Source: a virus (taxonomy: Duplodnaviria > Heunggongvirae > Uroviricota > Caudoviricetes). From it: 64,000 nt of DNA. Under the pieces are notes generated by a model, which did not search any database, was not told the DNA's origin, and worked only from the letters and a program-made list of their open reading frames with translations. The translations under genes and the position numbers were made by a program. How positions within the stretch are numbered: position 1 is the first letter of the stretch; each line of letters opens with the position of its first letter. Shown one piece after another: positions 42,852 to 52,318 of this stretch. The DNA lies in the IMG/VR virus record IMGVR_UViG_3300035696_002535; one strand, given 5' to 3'.

Positions 42852-43913
42852 ATGATAAGAGATGAGTATAGTCCTTATAAAATAGTACATCATCTAGAGA
42901 AGATAGCCCAATTTAAAAGGGGAGAACAACCTATACCTCTTCAGGTACAGATAGTCCCCACCAATAAATGCAACCATAGATGTGTTGCCTGCGCCTATAG
43001 AATGAAGGACTATCCCTCTAATGAGTGCTTTGAAGAACGAGATGAGTTAAGCTATGATAAGATAATAGAAACATTAGACTGTATGGTAGATATGGGCATA
43101 GAGGCTGTTCATTTTACTGGGGGAGGGTCACCCCTAGTACACCCAAAAGCTTTTGATATTATTAAAGGGGCATTTGATAGAAAAATAGAGGTAGCCCTTG
43201 TTTCTAATGGTTCTGCGCTCACAGAAAGCTTATGTGAAATGCTTGGAGATGCTGCCTGGGTCAGAATATCGGTAGATGCAGGATCCCCGGAAATCCACAG
43301 TTTGCTTAGAAATATCTCACAGAGTAATTTTGGAAAGATATGCAACAATATAAAGAACCTTGTTAAATACAAAAAGGGATCTATTATAGGTATAGGTTAT
43401 GTCGTTCAAAGCGAAAATTACAAAGAGATATATGAGGCTGCTAAACTTTTCAAGGACTTAGGAGTAGATAATTTTAGGATTTCTGCCGCTTTTACTCCAT
43501 TGGGATACGAGTATTTTAACAGTTTTAAAGATGAAGCTACAGGTCTTGCAAAAAAAGCAGAAAGCCTAACAGATAATAGATTCACTGTTTTTAACCTATT
43601 CAATGATCGAGTTAGGGATACTTTTGAAGGAGTTCAAGATTACAATCTTTGTCCTATAAAGGATCTCTTAACCTATATAGGGGCAGATGGGAATGTCTAT
43701 ACATGTTGCACACTAGCCTACAACCATAAGGGATTAATAGGATCCATAAAGAATCAGTCATTCAAAGATGTATGGAACAGCCTTGAAAAGCAAATGAAGT
43801 TCTCTTCGCATGACCCTTCTATTCACTGTAAACACCCTTGTATGTATAAAAATAAGAATGATTTTATTAATTACTGTATTAAACAGAATCCTAAGCACAT
43901 AAATTATATATGA
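42852..43913 (+). CDS. radical SAM enzyme with Cys-rich C-terminal (SPASM/twitch-like) extension
   Basis: 'NKCNHRCVACAY' (CxxxCxxC), 'FTGGGSPLVHP', C-terminal 'CCTLAY...CKHPC'. Confidence 0.65.
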   Translation: MIRDEYSPYKIVHHLEKIAQFKRGEQPIPLQVQIVPTNKCNHRCVACAYRMKDYPSNECFEERDELSYDKIIETLDCMVDMGIEAVHFTGGGSPLVHPKAFDIIKGAFDRKIEVALVSNGSALTESLCEMLGDAAWVRISVDAGSPEIHSLLRNISQSNFGKICNNIKNLVKYKKGSIIGIGYVVQSENYKEIYEAAKLFKDLGVDNFRISAAFTPLGYEYFNSFKDEATGLAKKAESLTDNRFTVFNLFNDRVRDTFEGVQDYNLCPIKDLLTYIGADGNVYTCCTLAYNHKGLIGSIKNQSFKDVWNSLEKQMKFSSHDPSIHCKHPCMYKNKNDFINYCIKQNPKHINYI

Positions 43914-44701
43914 AAACCTTCGATTGCTTTTTATTTTTTAATGAATTTGAATTGCTCCATCTACGTTTTATGGAATATTATGACTTTGTCGACTACTTTG
44001 TTTTGGTAGAAGCAACGAAAAGCCTGACAGGTAAACCAAAACCTTTGTACTACCAGGAATCCAAAGAACGTTTCAAAGAATTTGGAGATAAGATTATTAG
44101 TGTTGTGGTAGATGATATGCCGGAATATCGCTATCCTGATTTTATCTGGCCCGCCGAATATCACCAACGTAACTGTATTATGCGAGGACTCGAGGGGAGA
44201 GCTAAGCCAGAAGATAAGATATTCGTATCAGATTGTGATGAGCTTTGGGATACAAAAGTAGCCAAAGACCACGAAGCCGACAAAATAGTAACATACCAGC
44301 AGGATCTCTATTATTACTATGTAAATTGTAAACAAAACTCTATCTGGAACGGATCAATAGCGCTGCCGTACGGTCTATTACAAACTAATGGCCCTCAAGC
44401 TATTCGTAATGCAGCACGGTGGGGTGTGTACAATGTGGTATCTCCCGGTGGATGGCACTATTCTTATATGGGTGGAGCATCTAAAATAAAAGAGAAGGTT
44501 GAAAATCTGGCTGATGGCCATGATAACATTGATAGATTTGGCACAATAGAAAACATACAAAGTAAAATGGATACGGCTGGGGATCTTTTGGATCAAGCAG
44601 GGGTTGGCGTAAAGAAGGAATTTATTGAACTCAAATATACACCAAAAAAATTACCGGAATTTTTAAAACTGTATCCCAATTTCTATAGAAAGCCACAATA
44701 A
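43910..44701 (+). CDS. glycosyltransferase family 17-like (beta-1,4-GlcNAc-transferase-like)
   Basis: 'FDCFLFFNEFELLHLRFMEYYDFVDYFVLVEATKSLTGKPKPLYY' matches the GT17 N-terminal signature. Confidence 0.6.
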   Translation: MKTFDCFLFFNEFELLHLRFMEYYDFVDYFVLVEATKSLTGKPKPLYYQESKERFKEFGDKIISVVVDDMPEYRYPDFIWPAEYHQRNCIMRGLEGRAKPEDKIFVSDCDELWDTKVAKDHEADKIVTYQQDLYYYYVNCKQNSIWNGSIALPYGLLQTNGPQAIRNAARWGVYNVVSPGGWHYSYMGGASKIKEKVENLADGHDNIDRFGTIENIQSKMDTAGDLLDQAGVGVKKEFIELKYTPKKLPEFLKLYPNFYRKPQ

Positions 44702-45483
44702 TGGAACAGTCAGCTACAGAAAACAAAATAAAATACAGTTTTTTGATGCCATATTATGATCGTGAGTATCATTTGACATCTACTTTAAGATCTTTTTTGA
44801 TTAAATACTCAGAGCGAAAAGATTTTGAAATTATAGTAGTCGAAGATTACAAAAACATTCTCAATGAGGACCATCACAAAAAGTTATTAAATGTGATTAA
44901 CGACAAAAATTTCATACCCTTAAAAATAAAACATTTACAGAATTTTGGAAAGATTGTCTTTAGTCCCACCATCCTGTTTAATCAGGGGGCCAAAGAGAGT
45001 TCCGGAGAAATTTTAGTTATAACAAATCCGGAATGCTACCATGAGACCAATATATTAAAAGGTTTTGATGAGGAGTTTGCAATCAATAAAAATATATATG
45101 TAATATGTGCATGTCAGTCAGTTAATATGCAATACAATACTTCTGTTAATGAAGACGGATCAACCCACAAAGAACCTACAGGTTTCTATCATTTTGAACA
45201 GTGGTATCAACATTCTGTATATAATAACCGCAGACTTAATTTTTGCTCGGCAATTACTAAAGAGAATTATTTCAAAATAGGTGGTTTTGATGAAAAGTAT
45301 GCCGATGGCATAGCTTTTGACGATGATGACTTCAGAGATACTATTCTTTATAAAAGTGATATAAAGGTGATTACAAGGGATGATCTATTTGTCAGCCATT
45401 TTAACCATGACGTTTCCTATCAAACGAACACAAGTTTGATTAATGTTAATTTAAATTATTACAAAAAGAAATGGAATAAGTAG
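44701..45483 (+). CDS. GT-A glycosyltransferase (GT2/GT7 beta-1,4-galactosyltransferase-like)
   Basis: 'YSFLMPYYDRE' and 'GGFDEKYADGIAFDDDDFRD' (compare WGWGGEDDD). Confidence 0.45.
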   Translation: MEQSATENKIKYSFLMPYYDREYHLTSTLRSFLIKYSERKDFEIIVVEDYKNILNEDHHKKLLNVINDKNFIPLKIKHLQNFGKIVFSPTILFNQGAKESSGEILVITNPECYHETNILKGFDEEFAINKNIYVICACQSVNMQYNTSVNEDGSTHKEPTGFYHFEQWYQHSVYNNRRLNFCSAITKENYFKIGGFDEKYADGIAFDDDDFRDTILYKSDIKVITRDDLFVSHFNHDVSYQTNTSLINVNLNYYKKKWNK

Positions 45484-45501
45484 TGAAAGAAGATAACCTA
45501 T

Positions 45502-46311
45502 ATGCAAACATCTAAAACTATATCTTTCTTTTGGGCGAACAAAACAATGTCTTGGTTGCGTTATATGACATTGTTTTCTTTTAGGAAATATAATCCGGAA
45601 TGGGTAATAAACCTATATTTATCAGAACAAAAAATAAATAAAAATGTATGGGATACTCCTGAAAGCCAGGATTTTATTAGCAAAGACTATTTTAACCTTT
45701 TAAGTGGACTAAACATTGACATAAAAGATTATGAGATAAAATCAAAAAACGAGGAAGATTTGTCTCCACCACAAAGAAGCGATCTTTTTGAATGGGATAT
45801 TTTAGCAACCAGTGGTGGGTTTTATTCAGATATGGATGTACTTTTTTTAAAAAGTATAAACGATCTTTATGAAAAAACAAAAGACTATGACACAGGGATA
45901 TGCTACACCGAATACTATTCTATAGGATTCATGTTTTCAAATGGAAATAATAAGTTTTTCAAAGATGTTTATGATGGATTTTATAATAAGTTTGACAAGA
46001 GTGATAGTCAGGGGGCAGGATCAACAGGAATAGGTAGAAGATGGCCAAGTGTTAAAGATATAGAGTCAAATTACGGAAAGGTCTATAACATTCCTTTTAA
46101 TTTTTTCTATAAATATGACTCCAACAATGTTGAAAAAATATATGAAATAAATGATTTATACTCAATGGATGAAAACTGTGTAGGGCTTCACTGGTATGCT
46201 GGTCACTCGCTTTCACAGCAGATTAACTCTATTCTCAATGAATCAAACTACAAGGAACAAAATACTTTGCTTTCTAGAATACTTAAGAAAGTATTGGAAC
46301 AGAAAGATTAA
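45502..46311 (+). CDS. GT32-like glycosyltransferase (Gly_transf_sug, DXD)
   Basis: 'SDLFEWDILATSGGFYSDMDV' matches 'SDilRy.iLykyGGiYiDtDv'. Confidence 0.6.
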   Translation: MQTSKTISFFWANKTMSWLRYMTLFSFRKYNPEWVINLYLSEQKINKNVWDTPESQDFISKDYFNLLSGLNIDIKDYEIKSKNEEDLSPPQRSDLFEWDILATSGGFYSDMDVLFLKSINDLYEKTKDYDTGICYTEYYSIGFMFSNGNNKFFKDVYDGFYNKFDKSDSQGAGSTGIGRRWPSVKDIESNYGKVYNIPFNFFYKYDSNNVEKIYEINDLYSMDENCVGLHWYAGHSLSQQINSILNESNYKEQNTLLSRILKKVLEQKD

Positions 46312-46313
46312 CA

Positions 46314-47057
46314 ATGTTTGTTTTAAAGGTAATGGTTGTTGGAGGCTATGCAGAGAGATACATAGAAAGATGTATAGAATCTGTATATAGCCAAAAGTAT
46401 GAGAACTGGGAATGTCAAGTCATCCTCGATCCGGTAGGGGATAATTCTTATGACAAAGCAGTAAAATATCAAAATAAAAAATTGAAAGTTAAGCTTAATG
46501 AAATCAGACAGTATGGTCTTGCAAACTTTTTAGAAGCTAGTAAACTTCTAAACCCATTAGATAACGACATAATGGTAATGCTTGATGCTGATGATTGGCT
46601 GGCATCACCGGATACATTTTCTATATTAATTTCGAAATATATTAAAAATCCTAAGCTACTTTTAACCCACGGTACTTGGGAAAGCTACCCTCCCATAGGT
46701 ATATCCAGTAGATGGAATTATCCATATACTCAGGAAGATTTCAAAACTGGAGTTAGAAAAATAGCTTGGAGGGCAAGTCATTTGAGAACGTGCAAGTACA
46801 AGCTATGGAAGCGCGTTAAAGATGAGGATCTTCGGGACCCTTCAGGTAAATACTTTACTGTAACATGGGATTTAGCTTTTATGTTCCCCATGCTAGAGAT
46901 GGCTGGATTTAATAGAGTTGAATTTATTCCGGAGATACTTTATATATACAACATGGAGACGCCATTTAACGATTACAAGATAAACTCTAATACCCAGGTA
47001 AATACAGAAACATACATTAGAAATAGGCCACCATATGAGATTCTTGGAGAAATATGA
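46314..47057 (+). CDS. glycosyltransferase family 2
   Basis: 'VVGGYAERYIERCIESVYSQ' and 'MVMLDADDWL'. Confidence 0.7.
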   Translation: MFVLKVMVVGGYAERYIERCIESVYSQKYENWECQVILDPVGDNSYDKAVKYQNKKLKVKLNEIRQYGLANFLEASKLLNPLDNDIMVMLDADDWLASPDTFSILISKYIKNPKLLLTHGTWESYPPIGISSRWNYPYTQEDFKTGVRKIAWRASHLRTCKYKLWKRVKDEDLRDPSGKYFTVTWDLAFMFPMLEMAGFNRVEFIPEILYIYNMETPFNDYKINSNTQVNTETYIRNRPPYEILGEI

Positions 47058-47866
47058 CCGAATTAAACTGCATAGTATTTTCTCGTAATCGAGCCTGCCA
47101 GTTAGATGCATTTCTAAGAAGTCTTAAGTTGTTCTGGGTAGATTGGAAGGATTATACAAAAATCTCAGTAATATGGTGCTATGATGGGGCCAAATTCCTT
47201 GACGGATATAACAGGTTATTCAATGATCACCCGGACATAACTTTCATAGATCAAACCAACAAGGATTTCAAAGAAACCGTAATTAATAGTGTGGATCCAA
47301 GTATTCCATTCACAGTGCAGTTCGTAGATGATATCATTTTCATCAACCCTTTTACCATAAAATGCCCTGAATTCGAGGCTTTCAAAACTGAGCCTGAAAC
47401 AACCTGTATCTCTCTAAGGTTGCATCCTTTAATAACCTATTGTTATATGTTGAATATAAGTATGTTTCCTCCTCAATGGGTAGCAGAAGGAAAATGGGCT
47501 TGGTTGAATCTTCCAGGAGATTTTGGCTATGCCGATTCCGTGGATGGACATATTTTTAGGACAGAAGACATACTGCCATGCATTCGAGAACAATCTTATA
47601 CCTATCCCAATGCTTTGGAAGGTGCGATGACACAATTCATTCCAAAACGACCATATATGCGATGCTTCCAAAAAGCTAAAATAGTTAACATTCCAGCCAA
47701 CAAAGTTGGACAACTTATTACTAATAGGTCTGGGAATGTATCTGTGGATGTCTTAAATGATCAATATTTGAAAGGATTGAGGATTGATTTAAGGCCTTTT
47801 TGTGGGATACAGACTAGTTCTGTACACTGTGAATTGGAGTATAAGTGGGAACCAAATATCATATAA
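47054..47866 (+). CDS. hypothetical protein (possible GT-A fold)
   Basis: 'FVDDIIFINPF'; weak. Confidence 0.3.
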   Translation: MTELNCIVFSRNRACQLDAFLRSLKLFWVDWKDYTKISVIWCYDGAKFLDGYNRLFNDHPDITFIDQTNKDFKETVINSVDPSIPFTVQFVDDIIFINPFTIKCPEFEAFKTEPETTCISLRLHPLITYCYMLNISMFPPQWVAEGKWAWLNLPGDFGYADSVDGHIFRTEDILPCIREQSYTYPNALEGAMTQFIPKRPYMRCFQKAKIVNIPANKVGQLITNRSGNVSVDVLNDQYLKGLRIDLRPFCGIQTSSVHCELEYKWEPNII

Positions 47867-48693
47867 GGGGTTATTAAATATGAAAAGTTTTTTCAAAAAC
47901 ACACATCCTTCTATGCAGCTCAATAGCTCAGGATTCGGCGCAGTCATTAACAATGCAATTAATATTTGTAGGTATCATTACTACAAATTTGGAAATCTTG
48001 ATATTTACATAGATGCTCCAGAAATTAATAACATTTTTGACACCCCAGTCGTCAAAAATATATTTGAATATAATTATGACATAGAAAAAGATTTCAATTC
48101 GGCAAATTTTGAAAATAGCAGTAATGCCCATATTTTGTGTGACAAAGAAAAAATCATTATTAAAAATAAAATCTACAACGATATTTTTAAACTAAAAGAT
48201 ATCGAACTCTATAGGGCGGAAAAAGAAAAATTCATCACCGATAAAACCTTATCAGTACATGTCAGAGGAACTGACAAAAAAATAGAAATTAAACCCCCCG
48301 AACCGAACGATATAATTAATCATATTACTAAGATATATGCTGGAAAAACACGATATTAACAACATATTTCTGGCAACAGATGATATATACTACCAAGATC
48401 TTGTAATTAAAAATTTCAAAGATTTGGTGCGATACAGAGAAAGAACAGTGAGCCTTGACGGTAAACCTGTTCATTTTTTGTGTAGCAAAGATGAAAGATA
48501 TCGTTTTGATAGGGAGGTAATGTTTGATACCTATTTACTTGCTATGTCCAACTATTTTCTGTATTCATTTTCAAATACTAGTTATCTTGCATTAACCATT
48601 GGTATCAACAATTTCAAAAAAATTGATTGTATAAATATCCCTTTGCAGAAACAAACCCAGACTTCATATGGTTTTGGCGTGGAGATAAAATGA
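47802..48693 (+). pseudogene. fucosyltransferase-like gene (GT11/GT23/POFUT-type HxRxxD motif) split by a +1/-1 frameshift near 48340-48360
   Basis: ORF 47802..48359 carries 'LSVHVRGTDKK'. The overlapping ORF 48337..48693 carries 'NNIFLATDD' (compare fVaSDD). The two are in different frames and together form one roughly 300 aa protein. Confidence 0.45.
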
Positions 48694-49472
48694 TTCAAGT
48701 TTGCAAGGACATTCGAAAAGAAATATTGAGAATTTCAAAACTCTCAGGTCACGGCCATATCCCTACTTGTTTTTCTGTGGTTGAGATTTTGTATTCATTT
48801 TATAAGACAATGCCTAATGATCCAAGAAATCCGAACTGGAAAGATCGGGATGTCTTCATTTTAAGCAAAGGCCATGCTTCGCTTGCCCACTATGTAATTC
48901 TCGCAGAGTTTGGATATTTTTCTTTGAAAGAGGTTGAAACATTCGGCAGTTATAATTCCAATTTTGGGGGTCACGCGGATAGGTTGAAGATTCCTGGGAT
49001 TGAAGCATCAACAGGGTCATTAGGTCATGGAATAGGGTTGGCAGTAGGGATTGCCCTCGCAAATAAGATCCTAAAAATTACTAATAAGGTATATGTGCTA
49101 ATCGGAGATGGAGAATCCAATGAAGGATCAGTATGGGAAGCCATTATGGTTGCTGTAAATCTTAATCTGAACAACCTTACAATAATATATGACAATAACA
49201 TGTCTCATTCTCGTGGACTTCAGATTCCCAATCCGGCAGAACGTTTTAGATCTTTTGGTTGTGAGACAACTGAGTTAAATGGACACGACGTTGAAATATT
49301 GAGCAGTGAACTATCAAGAAAGCACGATAAAGTCAAATCAATAGTTGCTCATACAAAAAAAGGCTATGGATGTAGGACGCTTGTTGAAAACATGTATGCG
49401 TGGCACAGGCGTTCCCCTAGTGATCTTGAATATGCCCAGCTTATTGGAGAGCTTGATGAGACAACAGTTTAA
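48627..49472 (+). CDS. transketolase, N-terminal (TPP-binding) subunit
   Basis: 'GHGHIPTCFSVVEIL', 'SKGHASLAHYVILAEFGY', 'GSLGHGIGLAVGIALA', 'GDGESNEGSVWEA'. Confidence 0.85.
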   Translation: MYKYPFAETNPDFIWFWRGDKMIQVCKDIRKEILRISKLSGHGHIPTCFSVVEILYSFYKTMPNDPRNPNWKDRDVFILSKGHASLAHYVILAEFGYFSLKEVETFGSYNSNFGGHADRLKIPGIEASTGSLGHGIGLAVGIALANKILKITNKVYVLIGDGESNEGSVWEAIMVAVNLNLNNLTIIYDNNMSHSRGLQIPNPAERFRSFGCETTELNGHDVEILSSELSRKHDKVKSIVAHTKKGYGCRTLVENMYAWHRRSPSDLEYAQLIGELDETTV

Positions 49473-50334
49473 ACAAACCGTTATGGATCTGGCCTCAAAA
49501 GACGACAAAATAGTACTTATTTTTGGCGATGTTAGTGTATACTTATTCAATGATTTTGTAAAAAAATATCATGATAGGTTTTATAACTTGGGCATTTGTG
49601 AAAACACTTTAGTCAGCGTTGGAGCAGGCATGAGTTCACGAGGGTTTTTCCCATTTATTCACACAATAGCGCCGTTTATTACAGAAAGAAGTTTTGAACA
49701 AATAAAAATTGATATGTGCTACAACCAATTTGGCGGTAATATAGTGTCTTGCGGTGCTTCTTTTGACTATGCAAGTGATGGTGCAACCCATCACAGCTAT
49801 TATGATCTTGCTCTTTTGCGATTGCTTCCAAATATTGAGGTAATACAGCCGGGGTCAAAAAAAGAGCTTGACATTCTTTTAAGATCCCAATACAGTAATG
49901 GAAGAACTACTTATTTTAGGCTATCAGATTACCCCCACTCTGTCAATATCCCTGTTGAATTCGGCAAGGGGGTAATAATTAAGGATTTATCAGCTTCTGT
50001 AACGATTATGAGCGCAGGCCCTATTCTAGGAAATGTACTGGAGGCCTGCAAAGATCTCGAAATAAATCTCGTATACTTTCACACTATAAAGCCGATTGAT
50101 AGAGATTTAATTCAGAAGTTCAGAAACACTGATATTATTGTAATCCACGATGCTTTTGGACTTTATGAGGCTATATGCGAAGTTGGAGGACTATCAGTTT
50201 CTTACTATGGTTTAAAAGATGAATATTGCAATTCATATGGAAAGATTAATGATGTTCACCGCTGTTTAGGGCTCGATTCGGAATCAATCAAATCGTTTCT
50301 TAGAACAAAGATTAAAAACAGGAGATTTTCGTGA
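49456..50334 (+). CDS. transketolase, C-terminal (pyrimidine-binding/C-terminal domain) subunit; start set at the internal ATG 'MRQQFKQ', overlapping the previous stop
   Basis: 'LIFGDVSVY..F...YHDRFYNLGICENTLVSVGAGMSSRG' and a C-terminal transketolase_C-like region. Confidence 0.75.
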   Translation: MRQQFKQTVMDLASKDDKIVLIFGDVSVYLFNDFVKKYHDRFYNLGICENTLVSVGAGMSSRGFFPFIHTIAPFITERSFEQIKIDMCYNQFGGNIVSCGASFDYASDGATHHSYYDLALLRLLPNIEVIQPGSKKELDILLRSQYSNGRTTYFRLSDYPHSVNIPVEFGKGVIIKDLSASVTIMSAGPILGNVLEACKDLEINLVYFHTIKPIDRDLIQKFRNTDIIVIHDAFGLYEAICEVGGLSVSYYGLKDEYCNSYGKINDVHRCLGLDSESIKSFLRTKIKNRRFS

Positions 50335-51368
50335 AAGAGAATAGTGTTTTTTTTAGGAATGCACAACGGATTTGTAACAAGGTTGATTGTACGCCATTAG
50401 ATGGCGCAGATGTTTTTATCACAGGTGCTTCTGGGCTAATTGGTACTTCTTTGCTTGCCTGTCTCTGTTTTCTACGTCAACAGGGCATGAAGATAAAGAT
50501 AACTGCACAATATCTTTCCAAAATTCCGTTTCATATCAAAGATATTATTTCTGAAAATGAGATACAAATGTTAAATCTGAACTTGGGAAATTTCGACGTT
50601 CATAAAACCCCCCTTCCATACTCAGATGTTATAATACATAGTGCTGGATACGCTCAACCAGCTGTTTTCATTTTAAACCAGTTAGCAACTATTCAGGTTA
50701 ATACAGCTGCAACCTCAGCATTGCTCTCTAGTCTGTCGCCAAATGGAAAATTTCTTTTTATAAGCTCAAGCGAGGTCTACAGTGGGCTCAAAAAAGATAG
50801 ATTTAATGAGGCTGACATTGGTACCACTAATCCTCTTCATCCAAGAGCGTGCTATATAGAAGGTAAAAGATGTGGAGAAGCTATTTCTAACGCCTATAGG
50901 CAACAGGGAGTTCATTCTTGTTCCGCACGAGTTTCGATGGCATACGGTCCAGGGACCAAAAAAAACGACAAACGAGCCCTAAATATGTTTATTCAAAAAG
51001 CACTTTGTAACGGAAAAATTGAAATGATGGACACAGGTGCTTCTGTCCGAACTTATTGCTATATCTCCGATATTGTAGAAATGCTGTGGCACATTCTTCT
51101 GTACGGAAAAGAGCCGGTTTATAATATTGGAGGGAATTCAACAGCCACTTTTGCAGAACTCGCCAATTATATTGGGCGTATACTACATGTCCCGGTTGTC
51201 TTCCCTGATATTGAGCATCAGGTTTCTGGGGCACCTGCGGAAGTACACCTTGATATTTCAAAGTATGAGAATGAATTTAAAAAAAAAGATTTTATAGACT
51301 TTCAAGATGGTCTAAAGGAAACCATTGAGTGGCAAAAGGAACTCTATAGGGGTAATTTAAATGAATAA
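50331..51368 (+). CDS. NAD-dependent epimerase/dehydratase (SDR) family protein
   Basis: 'VFITGASGLIGTSLL' (Rossmann GxxGxxG) and 'SSSEVYSG'. Confidence 0.7.
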   Translation: MKENSVFFRNAQRICNKVDCTPLDGADVFITGASGLIGTSLLACLCFLRQQGMKIKITAQYLSKIPFHIKDIISENEIQMLNLNLGNFDVHKTPLPYSDVIIHSAGYAQPAVFILNQLATIQVNTAATSALLSSLSPNGKFLFISSSEVYSGLKKDRFNEADIGTTNPLHPRACYIEGKRCGEAISNAYRQQGVHSCSARVSMAYGPGTKKNDKRALNMFIQKALCNGKIEMMDTGASVRTYCYISDIVEMLWHILLYGKEPVYNIGGNSTATFAELANYIGRILHVPVVFPDIEHQVSGAPAEVHLDISKYENEFKKKDFIDFQDGLKETIEWQKELYRGNLNE

Positions 51369-52302
51369 AACTGACAAAATTTTTGTTGCAGGTCATAAGG
51401 GGATGGTAGGTTCTGCTCTGGTCCGAACCCTAAAAAACCAAGGATATTCCAATCTTATTTTACGATCTTCAAAAGAATTAGATTTAACTAGACAAAACGA
51501 TGTGGAAGCTTTTTTTGAAAAAGAAAAACCTGAGTTTGTTTTTGATGCAGCAGCACGAGTTGGCGGAATATGGGCTAACAAAACGTATCGTGCAGAGTTT
51601 ATTTATAATAATCTTCAAATTCAGAACAATGTTATTAATTCGGCTTTTAAATATGACGTTAAAAAGCTAATGTTTTTTTCCAGCTCTTGTGTATATCCAA
51701 GGCTAAGCCAACAGCCCATGCGTGAAGAATACCTTATGACTGGGGTTCCAGAGCCCACTAATGAACCCTATGCCGTGGCAAAACTTGCCGGTATGTCTAT
51801 GTGCCGGGCCTACAACGAACAATACGGAACTCGTTATATCTCTGTAATTCCTACTAATCTTTATGGACCTAATGACAACTACGATCCACTGAATTCACAT
51901 GTCGTAGCTGCCATGATCTTAAATTTTCATATTGCAAAAATAAAGAGAAGCTCCGCAGTATTGCTATGGGGATCTGGAAAACCCCGTCGAGAACTTATGT
52001 ATGTTGATGATGCTGCTGAGGCGGCTATACATCTAATGCAATGCTGGGAAGAAAATGAACCGGTGAATATTGGTGTGGGTACTGATCTTTCTGTTCGTGA
52101 ATTGGCCGAGATAGTCAAACAGACGGTTGGATATAACGGTGCTATTGAGTACGATATGTCAAAGCCAGACGGCGCACCACAAAAGCTGCTCGATATTCGT
52201 CGGCTATGTTCAACTAACTGGAAAGCGAAAGTGACACTTTCTGAAGGAGTTGTAAAAGCATATACATGGTTTGTCCAATCGCTATGTTATAAAAACGACT
52301 AA
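51361..52302 (+). CDS. fcl: GDP-L-fucose synthase (GDP-4-keto-6-deoxy-D-mannose 3,5-epimerase/4-reductase)
   Basis: Near full-length collinear match to Fcl: 'IFVAGHKGMVGSAL', 'AAARVGGIWANKTYRAEFIYNNL', 'SSSCVYPRLSQQPMREE', 'EPTNEPYAVAKLAG', 'IPTNLYGPNDNYDPLNSHVV', 'WGSGKPRRELMYVDD', 'KPDGAPQKLLD'. Confidence 0.92.
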   Translation: MNKTDKIFVAGHKGMVGSALVRTLKNQGYSNLILRSSKELDLTRQNDVEAFFEKEKPEFVFDAAARVGGIWANKTYRAEFIYNNLQIQNNVINSAFKYDVKKLMFFSSSCVYPRLSQQPMREEYLMTGVPEPTNEPYAVAKLAGMSMCRAYNEQYGTRYISVIPTNLYGPNDNYDPLNSHVVAAMILNFHIAKIKRSSAVLLWGSGKPRRELMYVDDAAEAAIHLMQCWEENEPVNIGVGTDLSVRELAEIVKQTVGYNGAIEYDMSKPDGAPQKLLDIRRLCSTNWKAKVTLSEGVVKAYTWFVQSLCYKND

Positions 52303-52318
52303 AACCAGAAATTAAACA

